From the NCBI GenBank assembly GCA_043827025.1, contig JBDRPL010000006.1, positions 1-64,000 on the forward strand: DNA of 64,000 bases, given 5' to 3'. Every line of letters starts with the position of its first letter. Position 1 is the first letter of the stretch. Of the stretch, positions 46,303 through 56,599 are shown in pieces. The notes beneath the pieces were generated by a model. That model was not told where the DNA came from. It made no database searches and saw nothing but the letters and a program-made list of their open reading frames with translations. This stretch comes from Candidatus Micrarchaeota archaeon. Its GTDB lineage: Archaea > Micrarchaeota > Micrarchaeia > Anstonellales > Bilamarchaeaceae. The position numbers were made by a program, and so were the translations under genes.

Positions 46303-47238
46303 ATTCCTTCTCAATGGCCTCAGATTCAACTTATCTAATTTTTCCATCTCAATCGGATTAAGCGCAGCTCTCAAGTCTGCCTCTATCAGAACTGCAGGAT
46401 AAGCGTAGCTCCTGCTTATCTTTGAAAGTGATTGCACTATTGTTGCAACCTTGTCAAATTCTTTTGTCAAAAATTCTACCCGTATTGGTGTATCATCCCC
46501 AAGAGGCCTCATGTAAAAGAAATAAATTTTTGCTTCCAGATCTTTTAGCACAGGTGTCTTCTTTTCAGAATATGTCATTGCAAATGTTCTCTCATTCTCA
46601 TTTAGCATGTGGTGCATCAGTCCGATATCCCCGCAGAACTCTACACCAAACTCATGCGCAAACCTTTTGCTTCTCGTATCTTTAGTTACTCCGATCACCA
46701 TCACATTCTTTGCAAACAGCTTCTTGTAATTCTCAATCGTCTTTTTGTAGTTCTCAAATAGCAAACTCTTTTCATCAGGCCTGTCATTTGGCAAAGGAAC
46801 AAGCGATCCGTCAATCATTACAATATCTGGAGAGAATTTATCTACAAGCTCAATTGCATTTTCTATCTCTTCATTCAATCGGATAAGGTTTCGAGAGATT
46901 AGAACCTCATGTTCGTCAAGAGAATGTGAGACATGTAGTTTAGTTTCAGGTGCAATGGAAGGGTGGTGCTTGCATGAAACCAGCTTCGAATATTGATAAA
47001 CAAAACTCACACCAACCGTCTTTGTCAAAACCACGTCGTAGCCCTGTGCTTCGCGCGCAAGCAATCCAGAATCAACTGCACAAATCTTGTAATTCATCTG
47101 TTCCGTTCCTAGCATATGAATCAATTCCTTTTCGATTTCAGAATTAGGATTTTTCGAACGTATTAGCTGCGCCCTCTCATCTATCTTGTTTTCAAGTTCA
47201 TGGAGGTAAAGAATTATCTGCTCAATTTGTTCTGACAT
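46285..47238 (-). CDS. nurA: NurA-family nuclease
   Basis: AVDSG, MIDGSL, GVTK, YPAVLIEAD. Confidence 0.85.
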   Translation of the reverse strand: MSEQIEQIILYLHELENKIDERAQLIRSKNPNSEIEKELIHMLGTEQMNYKICAVDSGLLAREAQGYDVVLTKTVGVSFVYQYSKLVSCKHHPSIAPETKLHVSHSLDEHEVLISRNLIRLNEEIENAIELVDKFSPDIVMIDGSLVPLPNDRPDEKSLLFENYKKTIENYKKLFAKNVMVIGVTKDTRSKRFAHEFGVEFCGDIGLMHHMLNENERTFAMTYSEKKTPVLKDLEAKIYFFYMRPLGDDTPIRVEFLTKEFDKVATIVQSLSKISRSYAYPAVLIEADLRAALNPIEMEKLDKLNLRPLRRNSRPFR

Positions 47239-47339
47239 GATTCTAATATGGATATTGAATCTAAATAAGTTATCTATACGGAACCCCTGCAGTTGGCTTA
47301 ATAGAAAGCTATTAAAACCTCAGAACCTTAACAACTCTC

Positions 47340-48023
47340 ATGTCTTTCAAAGTCGACAGAATCCCAATAGGCATTCCGGGAATTGATGTGCTTATAGAAG
47401 GAGGTTTTGAAAAGAATTCTGCAAATCTTGTCCGTGGTGGTACAGGCACTGGCAAGACAATTTTTTCACTCCAATTTATCCACAATGGTCTTAAGAAAAA
47501 GGAAAATGGCGTTTACCTCAGTTTTTCAGAAACAAAGCAGGAAATCTATACGCATGGCCGTATGTTCGGATGGGATTTGGAGCGGTATGAAAAAAATAAC
47601 AACTTTGGATTTTTACGGTATGCACCGCACGAGGTTGCAAAAGTCGTTGAAGGTGGAGGGGGAACTATTCGTGATTTTATCGAAAGCATTGATGCAAAGC
47701 GTCTTGTCATAGATTCTTTGACTGCATATGCAATGCCGTTCCAATCCGATTATGCCTCAAATCAGTCTATACTTGAATTGTTTGAAATGCTTAGGGATTT
47801 GGACTGTACGACCATAGTCACCTCAGAAACCAATGCGAATATCTCACTTGCTGACGATGAGAGGCTTGGGTACCTCACCGACGCAATCATTAACCTTTAT
47901 TATGTTAGGAAAGATTCCACCAGAAAAAGGAGTCTTGAAGTTGTAAAAATGAGAAACACTCATCATTCTGAAAAACTTCATAACTATCAGATAACCAAGA
48001 ACGGGATCAGTATCAAAAGGTGA
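47340..48023 (+). CDS. KaiC/RecA-superfamily single-domain ATPase
   Basis: GIPGID.LI.GG, GGTGTGKT, RLVIDS, VVKMRNT.H; heads the pilus operon. Confidence 0.9.
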   Translation: MSFKVDRIPIGIPGIDVLIEGGFEKNSANLVRGGTGTGKTIFSLQFIHNGLKKKENGVYLSFSETKQEIYTHGRMFGWDLERYEKNNNFGFLRYAPHEVAKVVEGGGGTIRDFIESIDAKRLVIDSLTAYAMPFQSDYASNQSILELFEMLRDLDCTTIVTSETNANISLADDERLGYLTDAIINLYYVRKDSTRKRSLEVVKMRNTHHSEKLHNYQITKNGISIKR

Positions 48024-48026
48024 ATT

Positions 48027-50261
48027 ATGGAACGCGGACAGGCAAGCACTGAGTTTCTTCTTGTATTTTCCTTCATGCTCGTGCTTATCTTAGCAGTTGT
48101 TTTTATAACTCAGGAACAGGCAAGCAGCATCAGCCTTGTCAAATCACATAATGAAGGTGCGAATGCAGTGAATCAGATACTTTCCGCTGCAAAAGACGTT
48201 TACTCACAAGGAGAAGGTGCCAAAAGGAAAATACTAGTTCAGATTCCACAGGGCTACGACCCTGCAAACTCCTATGTACGCGATAGAATAATCAATTTGA
48301 GGGTTGTCGGGTCAGATCATTCTGCAATAACCGAGTTCGATGTGCGCGGAACCCTTCCTTCTGAATCAGGAGGCCACTGGGTATGGGCGATTTCAGAGGG
48401 AAATCGTGTGCGTATTGGAGATGCCATGCTTGAACTGGACAAGAATTCGATATATCTTTTGATGAGCAGCAATTCAACTGCAAGTACATCTTTTTCCATG
48501 ACCAATATTTGGATAAGGTCTCTTGACATAAGCGCCAGTGCAGAATGGAATCCAGTAGATGTTGAGATGGATGGACTACCATCTTCATTTTCTCTTGGAG
48601 TTGACGCATCAAAAAGCATAACTCTTGATTTTACATCAGGAGCTAATGCAACCGGAGAATATTCCGGCCAGATCAGTTTTATTGCAATTGATTCGGAAGG
48701 AAGCACTGAAACGATATATGTCCCAATTATAGTCGAGGTAGTCCCATATGGTTCATTGATTTCCGCTGACATACAAGGACCTCTTGTCACTAATATGCTT
48801 CAGTCCCCTTCACCTGCAATCAAAATGCAGCCTCTTGCAATATTTGCGGATGCTGATGATAGTTCCACTGGAGAAAGCACAATAAAGGGCTGCCAGATCG
48901 ATGCAGATAATTCTAATAATTGGCAGAATATGCTGCCTGTTGACGGGACATATGATCAGACTACGGAATCCGTTGTCTTTAACTATACCAGCGGATTTGC
49001 ACTAGGTTCTCATGTTGTCAGAGCCAAATGTACGGATTCTGAAGATAACATAGGGCCTACTGCCTATTACTATTTTGAAGTAGTTGAGTCAGATGCATTG
49101 GGACCGATAGTAATCTCTATGAATCATACGGAATGGCCAACAACCCTTTCTGAAATCGTTGTGGGTGGCGTAGCAACTGATGCATACACTGGCAATAGCA
49201 ATCTCGAGAGCTGCAGTGTCAAGGTTGATTCTGGGAATTGGAATGTAGTCATCCCTGTTGATGGGTCTTGGAATTCGCCGACTGAAAATTTTACATATAA
49301 TGTAGGCCAGCTGGACGTGGGTTATCATACGGTGTATTATCAATGTACTGATGAATTGGGTAATGTGGGTGGCGTATATATTGACAGTTTCGGAATCGTT
49401 GACGTTGACTTAATGGTTGTATTGGACAGGTCAGGATCCATGGCATGGTACATCGTGAATGTAACTAATAGTAACAGTGTTTCTGCCTCAAGCACAGGAT
49501 GGTCATGGGTCAAAAGCATAGATGTTACTCAGAAGAACGGGGACCTTGCAAATATCACTGCAGAGATTAGGGCAAGCGCAGGAGGGTGCACAGCCTATTT
49601 TAATGCAACAATTGATGGGGTGACTGTTGCAAATGGTAGCCGTACTTCGACTTCATATGGAAAGGTGGTGAGCAGTGCTGATCTTTCTGGTTATGATGCG
49701 CCGTACACAGTTGATCTTTGGCTGAGGCGTAGTTCTTCTGGGTGTACTGTCTATAACCGTTTTTTCGCATTGCAGCAGCCTCCTCAAAAAATGCAGGCTG
49801 TTAAAGATGCATCCAAGAATTTCATTGATATTGCGGGAAATGACATACAGGCAGGCCTTGTTTCTTTCAGCACAAGCGCAACCACGGATAAGACTCTTGC
49901 AATGATGACTTCTGCAAACCAGGCAACTCTTAAGGCGGCAATTGATGCACTAGTTCCTTATGGCAGTACTTGTTTGGAGTGTGGGCTTAAATATGCAGCA
50001 AATGAATTGGTTTCAGCAAGGGCAAGGCCTGAGGCAAACAAGGTCATAATTTTCCTTACTGATGGCGTTGGAAACGTAGGGGATTCAGTTGATGGCGCAG
50101 TGTACTGCAGGGAACGTGATATCACAGTTTATACAATTGGATTCGGTGATGATGTGGATGATACAGAACTCACAAATATCGCGCTTCTCACAGGCGGGGA
50201 TTATTATTATGCGCCTAATGTTGAAACACTTACTGCAATATTCCAGAATATTGGCAAATGA
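48027..50261 (+). CDS. Type IV pilin-like adhesin with Ig-like repeats and a vWA domain
   Basis: Class III signal RGQ|ASTEFL; MIDAS DRSGS; IIFLTDG; VYTIGFG. Confidence 0.85.
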   Translation: MERGQASTEFLLVFSFMLVLILAVVFITQEQASSISLVKSHNEGANAVNQILSAAKDVYSQGEGAKRKILVQIPQGYDPANSYVRDRIINLRVVGSDHSAITEFDVRGTLPSESGGHWVWAISEGNRVRIGDAMLELDKNSIYLLMSSNSTASTSFSMTNIWIRSLDISASAEWNPVDVEMDGLPSSFSLGVDASKSITLDFTSGANATGEYSGQISFIAIDSEGSTETIYVPIIVEVVPYGSLISADIQGPLVTNMLQSPSPAIKMQPLAIFADADDSSTGESTIKGCQIDADNSNNWQNMLPVDGTYDQTTESVVFNYTSGFALGSHVVRAKCTDSEDNIGPTAYYYFEVVESDALGPIVISMNHTEWPTTLSEIVVGGVATDAYTGNSNLESCSVKVDSGNWNVVIPVDGSWNSPTENFTYNVGQLDVGYHTVYYQCTDELGNVGGVYIDSFGIVDVDLMVVLDRSGSMAWYIVNVTNSNSVSASSTGWSWVKSIDVTQKNGDLANITAEIRASAGGCTAYFNATIDGVTVANGSRTSTSYGKVVSSADLSGYDAPYTVDLWLRRSSSGCTVYNRFFALQQPPQKMQAVKDASKNFIDIAGNDIQAGLVSFSTSATTDKTLAMMTSANQATLKAAIDALVPYGSTCLECGLKYAANELVSARARPEANKVIIFLTDGVGNVGDSVDGAVYCRERDITVYTIGFGDDVDDTELTNIALLTGGDYYYAPNVETLTAIFQNIGK

Positions 50262-50270
50262 GGGAAACTG

Positions 50271-50651
50271 ATGAAGGGCCAGGTACTTACTGAATTTTTG
50301 ATAATCTTTCTTGTTTTCCTATGGCTCATACTCATATACCTCTATGTTTTTTCAGATTATTTTTCATCTTATCACTATAGCGACACCAATCTTCGCATAT
50401 TCTCTTCATCTCATCAGCTTGCATCTGCCATAAACTCGGTTTTCATTGCAGGACCTGGGGCATCATATAATTTTTCAGCTGACCTGAACGATTTCGAGAT
50501 AAGCATCAATAAGAATAGTATTACAGTGAATTTCGAAAACCGGACAACAAGCAGTGCTTCGCTGATAACTGAGAATGTGGTTTTGCTACACAATGTGAAC
50601 GAACCGGAAATTTCAATAAGGAACAATGGTGGGGTAATTGAAATACGCTAA
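50271..50651 (+). CDS. Minor type IV pilin-like protein
   Basis: KG|QVLTEF followed by a hydrophobic helix. Confidence 0.8.
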   Translation: MKGQVLTEFLIIFLVFLWLILIYLYVFSDYFSSYHYSDTNLRIFSSSHQLASAINSVFIAGPGASYNFSADLNDFEISINKNSITVNFENRTTSSASLITENVVLLHNVNEPEISIRNNGGVIEIR

Positions 50652-51120
50652 AGGCCAAATATGGTCCACAGACCTTCTCATCGCTTCATTGGTGATGTTG
50701 GCTATTTTTTTCATTTTTGTCATCAGCTGGAACAATCTTGGGTACAATTGGAATAGTTCGCAAATTCAGAACAAAATCTATTTTGCAGCCCTTTTTGCAA
50801 GCGATGCCCTTATAGCACAGGACAGCGGCAACTGGGAGAACGAGGAAACATTGGAAAATGCAACTTCGTTTGGAATTGTTGGAGAGCGAAATGAATTGGA
50901 TAACAAAAAACTTAGCAGGCTTGCATCTGCAAATTATACTGTTGTGAAGGAAAAGTTAGGTATAGAGGGATATGGATTATTCATTAACATAACTAATGGT
51001 TCCGGAACTTTTTATGTATTCGGGGTCAAGCCAACGAACTACGATCAAACTGTGGTTGTAGAGCGGCTTGCAATCCTTAATGGCAGCGTTGTCAAGGTAA
51101 AGGTGAATGTATGGCAATGA
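50638..51120 (+). CDS. Minor type IV pilin-like protein
   Basis: KG|QIWSTDLLIA. Confidence 0.8.
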   Translation: MKYAKGQIWSTDLLIASLVMLAIFFIFVISWNNLGYNWNSSQIQNKIYFAALFASDALIAQDSGNWENEETLENATSFGIVGERNELDNKKLSRLASANYTVVKEKLGIEGYGLFINITNGSGTFYVFGVKPTNYDQTVVVERLAILNGSVVKVKVNVWQ

Positions 51121-51134
51121 ATCCGGAGCATGCT

Positions 51135-51536
51135 ATGAAAGGTTATATTTTTACACTTGACAGCATGTTCGCCCTCCTGTTGACCTTGACAATTGTCATC
51201 CTTATCTCGAGCCAGGTTTTCGAGCCAAGGGTTTCACGAGACATGTATCTCAAACAAATATCTGAAGATACATTGACTGTCCTTGAGAAGAGCGGCGGCC
51301 TTGGCCAGTTCGCGACTGGAACCAACAATACTCCTGCGAGGGAAATACTTAGGCTAAGTAGCGAATCTATTTGCATAAAGCTGGAGCTCTATGATGAGCA
51401 CTCACTTAACAAATCAATTGTGAAGTCCAATTGCAATCAAAGCAGTAGTGGAGAGATTGAAGTTTTTTATCGTTTCTATACTCGGGGAAATGACAATTAC
51501 TTTGTAAAATCGTATGCATGGTATGCAGGTGAATAA
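51135..51536 (+). CDS. Minor type IV pilin-like protein
   Basis: KG|YIFTLDSMFA. Confidence 0.78.
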   Translation: MKGYIFTLDSMFALLLTLTIVILISSQVFEPRVSRDMYLKQISEDTLTVLEKSGGLGQFATGTNNTPAREILRLSSESICIKLELYDEHSLNKSIVKSNCNQSSSGEIEVFYRFYTRGNDNYFVKSYAWYAGE

Positions 51537-52364
51537 ATGAAGGGAATGCTTGTATCTCTGATCACATTGACTATGGTTGCAGTTTTGTTCCTGCTTTGGC
51601 TTTCTACAACAAAGGCATCCATGTATTTTGAAAATGCGCTTTCAGATTCATATCTTCATAGCTATCCTGGTTTTCTCGGAGACGATCTTTTTTATGATGT
51701 GAATTCCATTGCAGGTCCGCAGATCATTCTTGATAAGGATAATTACACACGCCTTTTCATAAATGAGACTCTTCCAAAATCAAACATCTCCTCCAAGCTC
51801 CAGAACTATGCCTCTTTTGTAAGAAACATAGCTTCCAACCAATCTAATGCAAGCCTTGAACTTGATGTTTCAGGCATTGCGGATGGAACAACTGAATTGA
51901 CGCTGATGCAAGATTACCTTTACATCCACAATTGGTCTTCAGGTGAAGTGAATTCGATTCATTTTCAGAAAATCGATTCTGATTCTGATGTCAACACCTA
52001 TTATATCAATGTGACAGTGCCTGCATACAGAAAAAGCCTAAACGATTTTGCATGGATAGAAGAAGGTGACATGAATGCGACATTAATCTATACTGATTAC
52101 AATGGCACAGTCACCACTCATGGAAGCCTGAGCTCTGCTGCAACCAATGATTTTAGACTTGAATATGAGCCAAATGGAAAACTCGAAATAAGGTTAGGCA
52201 GGAAAGTAAATTCAGGCGAACTTTACCTAAAAGCAACCAATGCAACAGTTACAGTCACTCTAATTGCCGTTCTTCCACTGAAGGACAATTCTGCAATGCA
52301 ATACAATGCAACCTTCAATTACAGCCATGCAGATGTAAGAAGGGATTCCTATGTCATGCGATAA
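51537..52364 (+). CDS. Pilin-like/accessory pilus protein
   Basis: MKG followed by a hydrophobic helix; many sequons; operon context. Confidence 0.65.
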   Translation: MKGMLVSLITLTMVAVLFLLWLSTTKASMYFENALSDSYLHSYPGFLGDDLFYDVNSIAGPQIILDKDNYTRLFINETLPKSNISSKLQNYASFVRNIASNQSNASLELDVSGIADGTTELTLMQDYLYIHNWSSGEVNSIHFQKIDSDSDVNTYYINVTVPAYRKSLNDFAWIEEGDMNATLIYTDYNGTVTTHGSLSSAATNDFRLEYEPNGKLEIRLGRKVNSGELYLKATNATVTVTLIAVLPLKDNSAMQYNATFNYSHADVRRDSYVMR

Positions 52365-52427
52365 TCCAAATACAAACGCAAAATCAAAAGAAATAGAAAT
52401 AAAAACCTGAACAGGATGGTAATAGCA

Positions 52428-54134
52428 ATGTTGCGCACCCCTATAGATGACCTTTTGGAATATCTTGCAAAAACCAAGACTGCGAATCTCGAGCAGATTT
52501 CAAAGGACCTCAAGTGGAATGTCCATTCACTTGAAAGGGTAATCCGTATCCTGGAGCAGGAAAAATATTTGGATGTCAGATATGCCATCAGCCCGTTTTC
52601 CAAGACAACAATCGGGTTGAAACCAATTTCTGAACTCAAGGAAAAAATAAAGCCAAAGGGAAAGCCGGTTTCTGATTATGTCATCATGGATTCAGGCCAG
52701 CATCCGCTTGCTAAAGTTTTCATAATCCAGACTCAGGACGATTCCAGACCAACGTATCTCATAGACATGCCTGAGACTTCAATGCCTATGAAATCGTATA
52801 TCAACATATTGAGGAATGAAATCTCCGCAGACCTTCTTGATGAAGTATCAAAGGACAAGATGATCGAATTGGTTTCAATAAGGCTGAAGCAGGACATGCC
52901 TATAGATGAAAAGGTACTTCCAGAGATATCTGGCATAATGATCCGCGAGATGTATGGTCTCGGAGATATAGATATCTTGGTGAGCGATGTCCTGCTTGAA
53001 GAAATAGTGGTCAATTCAGCAAAAAATCCTGTTGCCGTTTATCATAGGAAGTTTGGCTGGCTCAGGACCAACATATTTCTTGTTAGTGAGGATCAGATAT
53101 CAAACATATCTGCCCAAATCGCCAGGAGGATTGGAAAACAGATAAGCATACTCAATCCTATTCTTGATGCGCACCTTGAGACTGGCGATCGTGTAAATGC
53201 AACCCTTTCCCCTGTATCTGAAGGTAATACAATTACCATGAGGCTTTTTGCAAGGGATCCCTGGACGATAGTTAGCCTGATAAGCTCTCACACATTCTCA
53301 GTGGAGATGGTTGCACTTCTCTGGCAGGCAATACATTACGAGATGAATGTCATAGTTGGAGGAGGTACAGGAAGCGGAAAGACAAGCAGTCTTAACAGCC
53401 TTCTTGCACTCATTCCATCTTATCAAAGGATAATCACAATAGAAGATACAAGAGAGTTGGTGCTTCCGAAGTTTCAGTGGAACTGGGTGCCAATGGTAAC
53501 AAGGCCTCCGAACCCAGAAGGGCTTGGAGAAGTCACAATGCTTGACCTCGTCGTCAATTCTTTGAGGATGAGGCCTGACAGGATAATCATGGGAGAAATC
53601 AGAAGAAAGAAAGAGGCAGAAGTTCTTTTCGAGGCAATGCACACAGGACATTCTGTCTATGGCACAATACATGCAAATACTGGTGCGCAGGTGCTGAAGA
53701 GATTGATAGAGCCTCCTATAGAGGTGCCTCAATCCGAGGTTGAAGATATAACTTTATTGATAGTCCACTACAGGGACAGAAGGAAGAATGTAAGGCGCGC
53801 TCTTGAACTTTCCGAAGTGCTTCCGGGCACTGATTCACCGAAAGTCAACCAGTTGTATCATTGGAGGCCGAGGACAGATACCTTCGAGACTGTGAAGGAG
53901 CCTCACAGGTATTATGAAGAGCTTAATCTTAACACAGGCATGACTCCAAATGAAATAATCGATGACCAGAAGAAGAAGCAGATGGTTCTTGAGTGGATGG
54001 TCAAGAATAACCTTGCAGATATAAATCAGGTCGGTCTTGTGATGAAGGATTATTATTCCGATGATTCGGACCTGGTTGATTCAATAAAGAAGAAATATAC
54101 TCCTAAAAAGATATTTGGTGATGAACTCGTATGA
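52428..54134 (+). CDS. Type IV pilus assembly ATPase (TadA/CpaF/VirB11-like) with an N-terminal wHTH-like region
   Basis: GGTGSGKTS, ITIEDTREL, LRMRPDRIIMGE, AMHTGH..GTIHA. Confidence 0.95.
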   Translation: MLRTPIDDLLEYLAKTKTANLEQISKDLKWNVHSLERVIRILEQEKYLDVRYAISPFSKTTIGLKPISELKEKIKPKGKPVSDYVIMDSGQHPLAKVFIIQTQDDSRPTYLIDMPETSMPMKSYINILRNEISADLLDEVSKDKMIELVSIRLKQDMPIDEKVLPEISGIMIREMYGLGDIDILVSDVLLEEIVVNSAKNPVAVYHRKFGWLRTNIFLVSEDQISNISAQIARRIGKQISILNPILDAHLETGDRVNATLSPVSEGNTITMRLFARDPWTIVSLISSHTFSVEMVALLWQAIHYEMNVIVGGGTGSGKTSSLNSLLALIPSYQRIITIEDTRELVLPKFQWNWVPMVTRPPNPEGLGEVTMLDLVVNSLRMRPDRIIMGEIRRKKEAEVLFEAMHTGHSVYGTIHANTGAQVLKRLIEPPIEVPQSEVEDITLLIVHYRDRRKNVRRALELSEVLPGTDSPKVNQLYHWRPRTDTFETVKEPHRYYEELNLNTGMTPNEIIDDQKKKQMVLEWMVKNNLADINQVGLVMKDYYSDDSDLVDSIKKKYTPKKIFGDELV

Positions 54135-55036
54135 GCCAGATGATAAAGATTCCTTTTTTGCTAGTCCCTCCGAAAGCAATAGAATCCCATAGCAGGCTCA
54201 TGGCAATCGGCAGGGCCTCAAGAAAAATAACTCCTAATCTAAAGAATAATCTTCAGGCATTATATTATACTATTTCTCCGGAATCTTATTTCATGGCATG
54301 CCTTCTTTCATCGCTGGCATACATTTTCGTTTTTTGCATCCTGGTTTTTTCAGTGCTTTTAGTTTTCACTATGGACGCCCCGATGGATGACACATTCACA
54401 AAATCCCTTGCCCTTGGGTTTATTTTTGGGTTCATGTTTTTCATGCTTTTGCTTATGTACCCCTCTATCCTTGTCAAGAAGATAAGTGCCAAGAAAAACA
54501 AGAATGTTCTTTTTGCTCTGAGGGAGGTTGTTTTGAGCGTGGAAAGTGGCATAACCCTTTTCGATTCTATGAAGAATGTTTCCACAGTTGCAGACTATGG
54601 ATTTGTTGCTGATGATTTTAGGAGGGTCGTGAAGAAGATAGAGTCTGGTTATTCTGAAAAGGAGGCATTGCAGGAGATTGCCATAACCAACCAGAATGAG
54701 TATATGAAACGGGCAGCATGGCAGATAATAAATTCTATTGAAACAGGTTCGCAGGTAGGCCCAACACTTGGAACTGTGATTGATGCGCTTGAGAAACAGA
54801 TTTATAGGGAAATCCGCATCTATTCCTCCAACTTGAATTTCATTATGCTTGTTTATCTTCTTGGTGCGGCAGCCCTTCCTTCAATTGGAATCGCTTTCCT
54901 TGTTTTGCTGTCTTTGTTTGGAGGGCTTGGAGTCGACACAAGCACAATTGGGCTTCTTGTTGGAACTTCAGTCGTTTTTCAGATTGTGGTTATAGGTTAC
55001 GTCAACAGCACGAGGCCAGATCTTTTCGGTGGTTGA
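54131..55036 (+). CDS. Type IV pilus membrane platform protein (TadB/C, T2SS-F-like)
   Basis: TM pattern, ESG.TLFD.M...DYG.VA.DF, ETG. Confidence 0.85.
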   Translation: MSQMIKIPFLLVPPKAIESHSRLMAIGRASRKITPNLKNNLQALYYTISPESYFMACLLSSLAYIFVFCILVFSVLLVFTMDAPMDDTFTKSLALGFIFGFMFFMLLLMYPSILVKKISAKKNKNVLFALREVVLSVESGITLFDSMKNVSTVADYGFVADDFRRVVKKIESGYSEKEALQEIAITNQNEYMKRAAWQIINSIETGSQVGPTLGTVIDALEKQIYREIRIYSSNLNFIMLVYLLGAAALPSIGIAFLVLLSLFGGLGVDTSTIGLLVGTSVVFQIVVIGYVNSTRPDLFGG

Positions 55037-56020
55037 ATGCTTGAACACCTTTTCATTCCTATAGCCAGGCTTTTTGGCCAGGGTTTCATAACTAATGCAA
55101 GAACAAAACTTTCCTATGCAGGTATCAGCACTGATGCAGAGGTGTGGCTGGGTTCAGCTATTTCATTGCCTTTGTTTGTATCTTTGTTTGGGGCTGCAGT
55201 AACCTATCTTATGGTTCCTGTTAACAAGGAGTTCAACACCATAATTGTATTTTCAGGTGTCCTCATGCTTACCCTTATTTTAGGCTACATCGAGATTTTT
55301 TTCAAGATTGCCAACAGGGTGAAGAAAGTGGAGGCTGTGTTGCCTGATTTCCTTTTGCTGATAGGTTCAAATCTTCGGGCAGGCATGACGCCTTATTCTG
55401 CATTCATGTCTTCAGCAAGGCCTGAATTCAACCCATTGTATGAGGAAGTGAAAAAACTTTCCAATGTAGTGAGCTCGAAAACATCTCTGGGCGAAGCCCT
55501 TTATATGCTTACGAATAGGTTCGATTCACAGATACTTAGGAAAACAATCGGCTTGTTTTCAAAAGGTTCGAAATCCGGAGCTCATCTGGCTGACCTGTTG
55601 TTTTCCAATGCTGAGGAGATAAGGAAAATACACGAATTGAGGCAGGAGTTGATCTCATCCACTCGCTCATATTCCGTGTTTTTGGCATTCATCGTAGTTT
55701 TTGTAATGCCCTTTCTTCTTTCCATCTCCATCCATTTTCTCACTGTTTTTTCAACGATTCAAGAGGATATTGGCATAAGCGGAGATCTCAGTGCAGGCGT
55801 AATCATATTCAGCGGCCAGGTGGGAATAACTTCTGAGGAAATGCTTGCAATAGCATCAATAACCCTTGCACTCACCACGTTCTTTGCATCTCTGCTTATG
55901 GGCGTCATCAACACTGGAAAGGCGCTGTATGGCATAAAGTACTTTTTTATAATGCTCCTTCCTGCATTCGTATTTTTCTTCTTTGCACAGCAGATAATAC
56001 AATCGACGGTTCCATTTTGA
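55037..56020 (+). CDS. Second pilus membrane platform protein (TadC-like)
   Basis: LPDFLLLIGSNLRAGMT, ARPEF.PL, SG..LADLL. Confidence 0.88.
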   Translation: MLEHLFIPIARLFGQGFITNARTKLSYAGISTDAEVWLGSAISLPLFVSLFGAAVTYLMVPVNKEFNTIIVFSGVLMLTLILGYIEIFFKIANRVKKVEAVLPDFLLLIGSNLRAGMTPYSAFMSSARPEFNPLYEEVKKLSNVVSSKTSLGEALYMLTNRFDSQILRKTIGLFSKGSKSGAHLADLLFSNAEEIRKIHELRQELISSTRSYSVFLAFIVVFVMPFLLSISIHFLTVFSTIQEDIGISGDLSAGVIIFSGQVGITSEEMLAIASITLALTTFFASLLMGVINTGKALYGIKYFFIMLLPAFVFFFFAQQIIQSTVPF

Positions 56021-56083
56021 GATTTAATCTAAGACAACCCAATAGATTATAAGCATGCTCCCAGATAAATGCACGGTGAATTC

Positions 56084-56542
56084 ATGGTTAATATCAAAGG
56101 TCAAATCTCTACTGAATATTTAGTTATACTTGCAGTTGTATTGGTCATTGCATTGGTTGTTGTATATATCCTTAGCCAGTCTGTTGCAGGCGTTTCAGGC
56201 ACAATCGAAAAAACGAATCAGGCATATTGGGCAGGACAATCCCCCATTGCAGTCACTGGCTACACAGCATCAGGAGTTGCATTGAAATTGACATTGAAGA
56301 ATGTTGATGCGCAGAAGTTGACTGTGACAAGCATTGCAGGAAGCGGAATCTCCACCCTTTCACAGAATGTCACATTTGAAATCGGTGAAGAAAAGGAAGT
56401 AGCTCTTGCACTTGACAGTATCTGCATTCCTGCAACGCCCTTTGAATATAAGGACATAACTTTCACATATGCTAAAGGCACTTCAACAGGTTTAGTGGAA
56501 TCAGGGGCGAAATCCGTTATGGGAAAATGTGCATCTAGCTGA
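56084..56542 (+). CDS. Major type IV pilin (copy 1)
   Basis: KG|QISTEYLVILAVVLVIALVVV; own TATA and GGTGA SD. Confidence 0.88.
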   Translation: MVNIKGQISTEYLVILAVVLVIALVVVYILSQSVAGVSGTIEKTNQAYWAGQSPIAVTGYTASGVALKLTLKNVDAQKLTVTSIAGSGISTLSQNVTFEIGEEKEVALALDSICIPATPFEYKDITFTYAKGTSTGLVESGAKSVMGKCASS

Positions 56543-56599
56543 GGCAGTTCGGAATGAAATATTTATAAGCGTATTCTCCCATACTCTTTTGGTGATATA

